The notes beneath the pieces are model-generated. The model was not told the DNA's origin. It did no database searches and saw only the letters and a program-made list of their open reading frames with translations. From Octopus sinensis (Eukaryota), in NCBI RefSeq assembly GCF_006345805.1, contig NC_043004.1, positions 16,492,001 to 16,556,000 on the forward strand: a DNA stretch of 64,000 nucleotides, in the 5' to 3' direction. The position numbers were made by a program, and so were the translations under genes. Positions 52,936 through 64,000 of the stretch are shown here, in pieces; within the stretch, counting starts at the first letter, position 1; each line of letters begins with the position of its first letter.

Positions 52936-53594
52936 CATATATATATATATATGGAAAAAATTCAACGTAGAAAATGCTAAAATAATTATAGAAAAAGCTT
53001 TTCAGTACAGGTTTCAGTGATTGATAGCATTTTCCTTGTTTCTGCCTGTTTCTGTCTCTCTTGTTTACTATTGTGTGTAATTTTGTCTATAAGAAGGTTG
53101 ACAGTTACTTAGGAATTTCGGTGTAGTAGCTGTCATCATATGCCTAGCAAGCTAGGCCAAAGGAGACTCCAGTAGAATACTCTTCCTAAAGTTGATATGC
53201 GATGATGTCGATATCATGTCGGATGCAAAGGCATACACACTCATAAATACATATAAAATATTCTGTGACGCCGTTTAAATCTGAAGATTCTGTTTGTACC
53301 CTTAGTAATAAATGTATGAATATTCTTTCACAAAATAGACAATGTAGACATCTATATCATTATAGTATTTTGTATAAAGTTTTACTTTATTTAAGTTTAC
53401 AAAACCGACTGTTGTTGATGACGGCACTTCGAGTGAACAGTTTCCAAAGTCTTTATTATATCTGAGATGTTATTGTTTGTCTGCGATCGTATACAATAGA
53501 AACGTTGCTGAGTTACGTTTGTCATGTAAAATGAAAATCAAATTCATTCAGAATGGAATATAATTTACTGACGAGAGCCAAGAAGATGTATTCA

Positions 53595-53974
53595 AATCAG
53601 TATTTTTATTGTTGTTGTTGTTGTGGCTCTTATTGTTGTTGCTGCTCCAGTGTTTTTGTATTTTTTTGTAATGTCTGTTACTTCTGTACTTAGTTATGTA
53701 GTATATCGTATGGAGTAGCAAAGTAGTGTTAGTCGAGTAGTAGTATTGGTGGTGTTGATGTTGTTGGTGGTGATGGACGTAGACGTACCACTCGTAGCAG
53801 TAGTAGTAGTAGTAGTAGTTGTTGTTGCTGTTGTTATTTTTATTGTTGTTGTTGTTGTTGCTGTTGTAGCAGCAGTAATGGTGGTTGTGATGTTGGTAAT
53901 GGTGATGGACGTAGAAGTACCACTCGTAGTAGTAGTGGTAGTAGTAGTAGTGGTAGTAGTAGTAGTAGTAGTAG

Positions 53975-54005
<31 letters not shown>

Positions 54006-54135
54006 AGCAGCAGCAATGGTGGTGGTGGTGGTGGTGGTGTTGTGGTCGTGATGATCGTGGTAGTGACCAGAGTAGCAGTTGCATCAGCAGCAGCGGTAGT
54101 AGTGGTAGTAGTTATCGTTGTTGTTGTTGTTGTTT
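53595..54135. repeat. Mixed trinucleotide region (TTG, TAG, TGG) with a 132-bp duplicated unit
   Basis: GGTGATGGACGTAGA(C/A)GTACCACTCGTAG at 53769 and 53901. Confidence 0.92.
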
Positions 54136-54424
54136 TAGACTATACACTCACACTCTATAGAAAAGTAAAAATATCATGCCAGTAAAACGAGGTAGAGATT
54201 TATATACAAGGAGAGAAAAATATACAAGAAAACCAAATTACAGTTCGTCACATTTGAGAAATTGATTCTACGTATGGCCAAAATGTCAAGTTTATTTGAA
54301 TTTACTGTCAAAACATATCTAAAAACCAGTCATGATTTAGTGTGGTTAGACGCATTATACATACATAACTGATATGACATACAAACACATTTACATGTAT
54401 ATGTGTTTATATACATATATTGAT

Positions 54425-54468
<44 letters not shown>

Positions 54469-56229
54469 GTGTGTGTGTGTGTGTGCGTGTGTGTGTGTGC
54501 GTATGTGTGTATGTGTGTTTGTGTGCGTAAGTGTACATTATATATATATATATTATATATATATATATGCAAGGAGATTTATGCAATTTAATCTTGTAAG
54601 CATGTTTTTCTGTTTTTCGAAAAAATATGTGTCTTCAGTATGAAACTACACGCGCGCACACATACACACACACATACACACGCACACACACACACACACA
54701 CACACTCACACACAATCACACACATACATACACGCATATACATATTTCAATTCGCTACAGAAATGGAAGTTGTGAAAAAACTGCAGCAGCTTCGACAGTT
54801 AGAAGTGAGAATTCAGTATTAATTAACTAATCCGTTCTGATAACACCCGCAGTCATGCATATTATGCATATCATTCTATAGCTATGTTCAAATATGTGTG
54901 CACTATAAGGAGATAAAAAAAAGCTAATAATAATAAATTTTGTGTGTACATAAGAAGACACTTATGGTGTGATTAATGTCCACTAAGTCTAGAATGAAAC
55001 CACATTGAATACTTTTACTTTTCTTGTGCATACAGCAATTAAACAACTAGTATAACCTCTTTACTTAATTTTCAAAGCAAGTGTAACAGTTGAGTAGTAT
55101 CATATAACATGGATTTGTATAAACATGAATTTGTTGATTGGAGTCGTGGACAGTTTAATGACACCTACATACACTACAAAATAGTTATTTCATGCATAGA
55201 GACATACACTATTAAGTAGTTATTTCAGTTTATTTGTCTGGTATGTGCTGAGTTCGTAACTATATTTTACTTATTGTTCCTCGCCATGTTAAACTAAGTA
55301 GAATCACCTATCTGTTTTTTTTTGTTTGTTTGTTTGTTTTTGTCGAGTGGGGTCATGCTTTTGGAAACTGTAATACAATGAATAAAGAGTTTGCCGTAAG
55401 GTGTTTTATTCCCAGTAGTTTATCTGCTACGTCTTGGAAGAATTTGTTCAGACACCATTTAAATGATAAGGAGTACAATGTTTTTTTCAATATATTTTGA
55501 ATATCATATGGATAATTGAGTTTTAAGAAAAACATTTGTTGCCAATGTCTTTATATTATGTGGACTCAATATTTGTAAAAACTTAGATTTGTGTGGGTGA
55601 CTTGTGAGATTGTCTGGACAATGTTGATGGAGTATTTTCTACAGTGTACAAATAAAGTACTGCTCACAAGACTGTTAGGGAGAAAGGGGTTTTTGATTTT
55701 TGAGGCGATCGCAAGAATTAAGACCCGACATAATAAATTAACGTTTGTGATTGATTCTAGCGTGTGTCACTTTCATAGGGTCTTGTTATGCAAAGGGAGA
55801 CCAAAGTGGACAGCAGTATGCAAACTGAGAATTAGTAAACGTCGAAAAAGAAAGGAAGGTGGCATCAGGACCTATAAACTATAAAAGTCCCAAGAATTCA
55901 TGTACACATTCTGAAAGTTCCCTTTCAGATTTAAGAATTCTACTGCACTTGTGAATTCCAGATCTAAAATTTTAAACGGATGTAAATATATGGATACCTT
56001 CTTGTTGACGAATTGGAAAATAACACCCTCTCCGGATCGAGTAGCTGTACCGCAGACTCTAGATTCCTATCCCTTCAGCCTTATTATAAATTTCTGGTCG
56101 AAGGGGACATAACCCATTTTTCGTTTTTCTTTTACTCTCTTTTTCATTTTCCTTTCCTCTTCCAGTGTTTTCTCCTTTCTACCTTTTACATATACCCTCT
56201 CACACTTCCTCGTATTTTCTCATATTCTA

Positions 56230-57110
56230 TCGTCTTGTATTAGCTTGTATATGCCATGTGAGCACAGCCTGAACACTGCAGGAAGGCACCAGGCGTGTTA
56301 TAAAATATTTTCTGACCCGAATAAGATAAATTTGATAATTAATTTCCTCGTTTATCAGTAATATATCGTACAACAGATTGGAGTTCTGTTTAGTCATATT
56401 TCCTTCAGACCCAATGGAGCTTAAAATCATCTTGTAAAGATTTCAATTTTTCTATGTATGATGACATTTGCAATGTTATAAATTTAAATATCAAAGAGAG
56501 GTTGATTCGACATAACACTATTGACTTTTACTCAGCTTAAGTAAACTTCCTTGGGCACAGTTTGTTGTGTTCTGTTTGTCAGAAGTATATAATCGTCTGC
56601 AGTAGCTTCTCAAGGTCTCCCAAATTTCGATAATTTATTCAGCATGTTTTTGTGGTCGACTCTGTCGTAGATTTCACTTAAGTCGAGAAAAATTACATCT
56701 GTTTTGAAGCCCTCTGCCAGATCATATAAAATGCCATTAAAATGATACAGAATCTGATCTGTGTCAAGAAGCGTCTGTTACTATGAAAACCATTCTGATT
56801 GGAATCTAGCTGATTTCTCCCTGGGTAATCCGCTTTCTTTTTTCGCCGATATAGTTTAATATTATGAAAGATTAATGAGATTAGTTGGTAATGGATGCGA
56901 GCGATTGAATCTTTGTTTTAAAGACTGAGATGACAAACCTGGACAGAAGATGAAATGCTCATGTATAAAACCTGACTGCAGCCATTTGCTCAACAGATTA
57001 GCAAGAGGTGATTCTAGTGAAAGTTTGTACAGCTTCTGGATACCAAAGCATGGTTGCTCAAAACTAGTGACAAATGATTTGTTCGTTGTATTTCAGTGAC
57101 TCTAGCACGA
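56230..57110 (-). pseudogene. Decayed CR1/L2-like LINE reverse transcriptase
   Basis: Minus strand gives LDSNQNGFHSNR and DLAEGFKTDVIFLDLSEIYDRVDHKNMLNKLSKFG, matching QHGFR and D.IYLDFAKAFDKVDH..LL.KL. Confidence 0.8.
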
Positions 57111-58221
57111 GGAAAAAAACAGTTATAAACAGGAAGAGTTTCTCTATCTTTGCCTTATCTGAGATTTCGGTATCCGAGTAGACCCATTCATAAGGAAAAA
57201 GTTGAAGCTGTCTATCACTACTTCTATAGCACTTTCGGTAAGGGAATCCTAGACAGAGAAAAAGTAACTCCCTTCATTTTCCAGCCAGCATTATGTCTGC
57301 AAATGACTCTAATGTTTTTAACTTTCCCTCAGAGTCGAAGTAAAAGTTGCTGAGGAGGTCTCGGCTTGAATGAAGTAAAAACTTTACTGCATTCTAGCTC
57401 TCTGCATATAATTTTTATAACTTTGTGCATTGATAGGAAGGCTGAAAGCTCGAGATTTTACAAGAATTGATATTACTAAGGTAGATGGTTCATTGTACCA
57501 CTTCAATATCTTTGCATTGATCTTTTTGTTGCTTAGAAATAGAAATTATTTAGTGAAGAGGGGAGCTATAGTAAATGTCTATCGATTTTCTTTTTTCGTC
57601 GGTTTCAGCTTGGTTAAAAAAAGTACCCTTTAAACAAGAATAGTTAAGAAAAAAAGAAATAAAATGCATTCGGGTTCGGTTTCACTCTAGTTGTTGCTAT
57701 ACTGATGGAAATGATCATGAGTTTTGCTTCAGTACCTTCTGAATTTTTTTTCGTTTTCATGACGTGTAAAGAAAACGGACAAGCATTGCTGTAGCAAGTG
57801 GTAGTGCTACTGTTATGGCTGAGATTTATATTTATTAGGACAGAGAGTTCGTTTGGCGAGGCTGAATTTGTTGGGAAAGCGGTAAGTGGTGGGATTATTT
57901 TTGGAAGGGTGGGGACGGGTTGTAAAGTATTTGCTAGTGGGGTAATTCTTAATTGAAAGTCTTATTCTTTCATTTCCAGAGCAAATGAACGACAAATGTT
58001 CCTGTACATTTCACGCAAATATTAGAATAAATCCCCCTATATTCAACGTTTTTCAAAGAAAACAATTCTCAAAACGGAATTGCATTCATTTACTCTCGAA
58101 AGCTGAGTTTTTTTTTTACTCTCTCCTACACTCTCTTTCTCTATCTATCTTTTTTCTCTCTATTTCCCCCCCTCTCTCTCTCTTTGCTATGTGAAGTATA
58201 TGATGTATATATTTCTTATTC

Positions 58222-58595
58222 TTTTATTTGCTTCAGTCATTTTTACTGCGGTCATGCTGGAGCACCGCCTTTAGTCGAAGAAATCGACTGCAGGAGTTAT
58301 TCTTTGTAAGCCCAGTACTTATTCTATCGTTCTCTTTTGCAGAACAGCTAATTTACGGACACGTAAATACACCAAAAGCCGTTGTGAAGCGATGATAGGG
58401 GACAAAAATAGACACGCAAACATATACATATCTAGCTATATATACAACGGGTTTCTTTCAGGTTCCGTCTACCAAATCCACTCTCAAGGCTCTGGTCGGC
58501 TTAAGGCTATAGTAGAAGACACTTGCCCAAGGTGCCATGTAGTGGAACTGAACCCGGAACCATGTGGTTGGCAAGCAAGCTACTTACCACATAAT
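58222..58595 (-). mobile_element. SINE family A copy
   Basis: CTATAGTAGAAGACACTTGCCCAAGGTGCCA and ACTGCGGTCATGCTGGAGCACCGCCTTTAGTCG. Confidence 0.9.
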
Positions 58596-58619
58596 CACTC
58601 CTTGAGCGATAACACTTAA

Positions 58620-58885
58620 AGCACCACGATGCTCCGGCAGGTGTGGTGGCAAACCCTGCTGTACTCTTTCAACACAACTTTCCCTCACTCTTTCTTCCTG
58701 TCTCTTTTGTCCCTGCATTTCATAAGGCCAGCCTTGTCACACTCTGTACCACGCTGAAACTCCCCGAGAACTATATTAAGGGTACACTAAGGGTACATTA
58801 AGGCCACTTGCACGTTCACAAGCTGGTTGTTCCGTTGATCGGATCAACTGGAACCCTCATCGTCACAATCGAGGGAGTGCTACAT
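58620..58885 (+). mobile_element. SINE family C 3' part
   Basis: Ends in GTTCCGTTGATCGGATCAACTGGAACCCTC, shared with 2765-2823. Assignment to family C is from memory. Confidence 0.6.
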
Positions 58886-61037
58886 ATTTCAATATGCAAA
58901 AATTTTGTAATTAAAGTATATTTGTTTACTCTGCTTTCAAAGCAAAAACCACACTTAAAAATTATTCACACAAATTAATCCATGTGAATGACTGTGAGTT
59001 TTGCTACTGGCTTGAAGTGAGAAACACAAATAAATATCTGAAATAAATTTATACAGACTGAGTATTATCAAAGGTAATATCGTATTTCAGTCACCATGTA
59101 CAAGACATTTGTCATACCTCAAGAAAGAAGTACTTTTACACGAGGTTCTTCATGGCTACTTGATAAAATCCTGTATAAACTGACTTGAGTTTTAAGCTTT
59201 ATAGTAGAACACATATTTCTGATATGTCACAAGTACATTAGATGCATATCTTGATGATTCATGCAACCTTTCTCATTCCAACTTCATGGAAGTACATCTA
59301 CATGTTATCGGAAAAAAACAACACACGCGCGAACACTCACACACATGTTCATGTGTGTGCTTGTATGTGTGTATGTGTGCGCACGTATATGTATATATGT
59401 GTGCATGTATATGTATATGTGCGTGCTTGTGTGCATCATTTAATTTATTATAAGAGTGTTCGCAAAAGGCCGGGTGGGGTCTACTCAGCACGATCAAATA
59501 ACGAAGCAGGTTTGATACAAAAAAAAAGTTCTAATTGAGAATAGAAATCTCCTTATCATATAGTCTTTCACCGTATAGCTGCAATTTAGATTTTAATGAC
59601 AAACGAAAGTAGTGAATGCTGTACTGCACATCTATTGACATAATGCAGCATTTAAAACTATCAGCCATTCAAGACTTTTCAATGCTGCAATTAGTAGAGT
59701 TTTTCTAGCTTTGCTATAAAGTTCAGCTTTTTAGCCTGAAGCAAAAGAAGTTATGCCAAAAGTAATAAAATCATAAAGAACAGCATCAGGTCATTAACAT
59801 GTGTTAGTTCTTTGGTGAATGTAACCTTGGGCTTTTATACATCTGATTTGCTTTTAATGAGATTCTTCAAACCAAAACACCACGGCGATGGTATTAAATA
59901 ATTGGCGAGCGCCCAAGGTTCATATACGTCTCTACTTACACCAATGTATATACGAATAGTTATTTTACTCCCCTTTCCTATCACTTTTCTCATTATCTCT
60001 ATGTCTCGTCTTAAGTTTCCCTCCGCCATCTCACACTTACTCTACTTAGTTTTCCATAAAGTTGCCGTACGGCGTGCGTGACAATTATTCTTCACACTAC
60101 ATTCACAGCATTTCAAATACATTAGGCTGAAGATATAGCTAGCAGAATACCCAAGAGTATATGTATTGAGGGAGCTACTCCTCAGTTTCAGCTTATATTG
60201 AACTCTATGTTCGATTTATTACTGTCGAAGAAAAGGTTATTATATCAAACTAGTTGGTGCCAACAGCTCTGCATTTCGCATAAAATTTTTATGACACATT
60301 TCCCTGAAAACACGAAGATTAAGCAGATTATATCAATGAGTCTATTCTGGATATGTTGTTTAAATATCAATTAAGGTCCGCATTTTTTGGATATCTAACT
60401 CTGAAATTGTGTTTTAATTCATGATGATGTGGCATAAAAGTGAATAAAATGTACATATACACACGTGCTAATAATATATATGTATGTATATATGTATGTA
60501 TGTGTCTTTAAATTTGAATCTGTATGACTATGTCTATATGATCAATAATTATATGTGAAAATACATATAATTATTTATTTAACGTTCTGTATCCATGATT
60601 AAATATGTGAGGAAGAGAAAGAATAAAAGATACAAAGAGAGAGAAAGAGTGAGTGTGTTTGAGAAAGAAAAAACACAGAGAGAAGTCAATATGTATGCAT
60701 GGACATGCATTTGTATGTGCGTGTGTGCGTATTTATTCATATGTGGATTTTAGTGGTAGATTTATAAGTTAGTTGTTCCTGTATTATACTATGAGTTAAT
60801 AAAAAATTGCACGACAAGGAGAAATAATATCCCACTCTGCTTGTCCGTGAGAATAACGTTTAGAGCCACCACTCAGAATGCACGATACGATAGAGAGTAG
60901 TGCATTGTACTTCACTGCTAGGCATGATATATATTTTTGGTGGGTCGCATAACGTCATGATTCCGTATATATTGTGTATTTGTGTGTAATTGCTTACGTT
61001 TGTGTATTTTTGTATATGTATACTATAGAGATACATT

Positions 61038-61149
<112 letters not shown>

Positions 61150-61397
61150 CATATCAAATGTGAGGATAAAATTCTTTTCGAAAAAAAATATTTTCCCGAA
61201 AAAATTTTATCAATGGCCAGCATATTAAAAAATACCTTTAACGGTTAAATTTATAAACAATTCATAAATGAGGGCAAAGGGAAAAAATTCTAATGCCAAA
61301 TATGCCGAAAAATTGGACATATTGTCCATTGACCATATAATTATTTCACAATACGCACGCTACTCGAAAAAAGGTCGACAGAAATGTCTAAAAAATT

Positions 61398-61469
61398 CCA
61401 TTATTACCATATCGGACCGATTTCAGAGTTAGCTACTAAGAGCCCTCTCTTCGTCAGTGACACATGTGG
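61398..61469 (-). ncRNA. Candidate type I hammerhead ribozyme
   Basis: Minus strand reads UGUCA CUGACGA AGAG..CUCU GAAA UCGG U CCGA UA UGGUA. The catalytic core is complete, stems II and III pair, and stem I has five pairs including two G-U. Confidence 0.55.
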
Positions 61470-61550
61470 CAAAAGAAATAAGAGAAATGTGTGTATGTAT
61501 GTATGTATGTATGTGTGTGTGTATGTGTGTATGTATGCATGTATGTATGT

Positions 61551-62820
61551 ATGTTACCAATTCGTTAGCAGATTATTAAGCTTCGAAAGAAGGATAATTT
61601 AAGTATTAGGTCTATTGCAAAGATTGTTAACAAGTCAAAAAGTGTTGTTCACGGTATTTTTAAGGTCTACGATGATTGTGGTTCGTGTGAAGCAAGAAAG
61701 TCTACAGGTAGGCCAACAAAAACAACCAAGAGAGAAGATCGTGCTATGGTAAATTTGGTTAAAAAGGACAGATTTAAAACTGCTGCTGCTGTTTTTCGGG
61801 AAATGAGCATTGTACTGAAGAAAACTTTATCTCGAAAAAATGTGTCTCGTCGTTTAGTTGAACATGACCTACAAGCAAGAGCACCTGCAGTGAAGCCACT
61901 GATCAGCTCCAAGAATAAAAAGTGTCGTCTTACCTTTGCAACCGAACATGTGTTGTGGTCTCAAGAAAAATGGCAAACGGTGCATTTCAGTGATGAATCT
62001 AAGTCTATGTTATTTGCCTCAGATGGGAAAAGGTACGTTCGTCGAAAAGCAGGTGAAAAATGTCACCTAAATGCTTAAGACTAGTGTTAAATTCGGTGGA
62101 GGACAGTGTCATGGTTTGGGGGATGATATCTGGAGATGTTGTGGGCCTTTTGCTGCGAATACATGGAAAGGTAAATGCAGGAGTTTAAAAACTTGTAAAA
62201 GATCATGTCTTGCCTGTGCTGAGAATTCAACTAAGCGACCACCTATATTCAGGCAGGCAATGCCCCATGTCACAAGGCTAAGGTGGTCATGAACTTCCTC
62301 AAGGTTGAAAAGGTTATTGTTATAGATTGGCCTGCTCAAAGCCCAGACCTCAATCCTATTGAAAATGTGTGGAATATTCTAGGAGAACGTTTGAAAGCCA
62401 GAAATCCTAAAACAACCGAGCAATTATGGAATGCCCTTCAGGAAGAATAGAATAAGATCACCCAGCAAGAAATTGAAAATTTAATTTCCCCATGCAGTCA
62501 AAAAACGTCAAACTTTGATTGAAGCTATAGGGCTTCACACTAAATATGAAATAATTCCAGCATTCTCTGTCACTTTTTGATTATTTTGTTATTTTTCAAA
62601 CGTTCTGATCATTTTGGCCACCATGGGTTTTGTAGTAAATCACTATATCATCTATAACTTTTGTATTATCCACTCAAATTACACCAAAATCTCAGACAAT
62701 ACCAATTAATATCGTATTTATTGTCTGTGAAAATTATAGAATATAAAACAACATTAATAAAAATTTATATTTATTTTTCTGACGAAAACGATGCCGTTCT
62801 GAACATTTTGGGCGCAACTG
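61551..62820 (+). mobile_element. Tc1-like (DD34E) transposon, 5'-truncated, transposase inactivated
   Basis: Paired-like HTH with GRP motif, FSDESK, degraded QQDNAPCH, WPAQSPDLNPIENVW and HTKY end, with stops and frameshifts. Right terminus CGTTCTGAACATTTTGGGCGCAACTG is followed by TA. No left TIR found. Confidence 0.93.
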
Positions 62821-63059
62821 TACTTATAAATATATATATATATAATATATATTTTCAGTAATATATATCTATATATATATATATCTTCAGTACAATGCTC
62901 ATTTCCCGAAAAACAGCAGAAAAAAAATCGCCAACGGTACACATGAGATCACATTTTGAAAGACCGAAAGTAGAAAGGGTTAAGAAATATGTTCTCAAAG
63001 ACAGAAGAGTTTTCAAAGACAGTATGGTAGTATGTCAAAGACAAGGAATGTAGGCGGGG

Positions 63060-63950
63060 GAATGTGTGTGGATGTGTGCGTGCGCGGAGGTCTGCGTGTG
63101 CGCGTGTGTGTGTATGCGTGCAATGATGAACGTGTGTGTGTGCGTGTGTTTGAGTATGTGTGTATGGTTGTGTCTGCAAACAACAGGCTAGTAGCTGGCT
63201 AGTTTGTAAGAATAAGGAGTGGTGTTTTTTTGTGTCCCAGCCACAGATAAGAACATTGAAGTATGTGCGTGTGTGTGTGTGCGTGTATGTATATGTATCA
63301 TGTGTGTGTTTGGTTTGTAGTGTGTGTGTGTATGGTGTGTGTTCCTGTGTGTGTATGCGTAGAGTTTTGGGTGTGTGCGAATAACTGGTGCTTAACTTAG
63401 TGTATGTGTGCGTTGTGTGCTTGTACGTGCGTATGTTTGTATATATATGTATGTATAATTGTGTGCGTGTATGTATAATTGTGTTCCGTGGTATGGGATT
63501 ATGTGTGGGTTCATTTGGTGTGTGTGTGTATGTATGTGCGTTGTTTGTGTGTGTGTGCGTGTATGTGTGCGTTTTGTATGTGTGGGTGTTGTAAGCGTAT
63601 ATGGATGTATATGCGTGTATCCGTGGGGTTGTAAGTTTTGGGTGTGTGCATTGGCGTGTGTGTGTGCGTGCGTATGTGTGCGTGTCTGTGCTTATATGTG
63701 TGTACGTATGTGTATGTGTGCGTGCGCGTGTAGGTATATATTGTGTGTATGTATATGTATGTGAATTTATGTGTGTTTGTACGTGTGTATGTGTGCGTGC
63801 GTGTATTGTATATGTATATGTAAATGTGTGTGCGTGTGTGTGTACGTGCGTGCGAGTGAATGTATGTATACATGTGCGTGTGTGTACAAATGTAGAGGTT
63901 TATATGTATGTTTATATGTTTATATGTGTGTATATATATGTATGCAAGCA
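63060..63950. repeat. About 900-bp degenerate (TG)n/(TATG)n low-complexity tract
   Basis: Directly visible; source of the CVCV-type artefact ORFs. Confidence 0.93.
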
Positions 63951-64000
63951 CACACTTTATATTTGAAAGATTGATGGAAAAGAATTGGTGTGGGTGTATG

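Noticed and set aside
53548-54084. 178-aa His/Asn/Tyr-rich ORF suggesting a structural or reflectin-like protein
   Set aside because: Pure trinucleotide runs, no reflectin M/FD(X)5MD motif and no splice support.

Overview
AT-rich, non-prokaryotic DNA dominated by microsatellites and transposon debris. The SINE families and the extreme (TA)n/(TG)n/(GATA)n density match what I recall of coleoid cephalopod (Octopus) genomes; this is recognition from memory, not a database match. Almost all ORFs in the supplied track are artefacts of microsatellites or SINEs. Supported content: three tRNA-headed SINE families (about 25 copies or fragments); decayed RTE, CR1/L2-like and R4/Dong-like LINE pieces; a frameshifted Tc1 (DD34E) with an IR/DR right end; a rearranged mariner; and an internally deleted CACTG-terminal DNA transposon. 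No complete host gene can be called. A roughly 600-bp minus-strand segment is present twice about 7.2 kb apart, and both copies keep an acceptor, an 88-nt indel-free terminal coding exon and the same stop, which points to a tandemly duplicated gene of unknown identity. The best leads are that duplicated exon, a consensus-matching type I hammerhead ribozyme candidate at 61398-61469 (minus strand), a 147-bp near-perfect palindrome, and a LINE/SINE pair whose shared 3' hairpin covaries. I found no convincing evidence of a wholly new biological system; these leads are candidates to test. Repeat boundaries are approximate and were set by eye.
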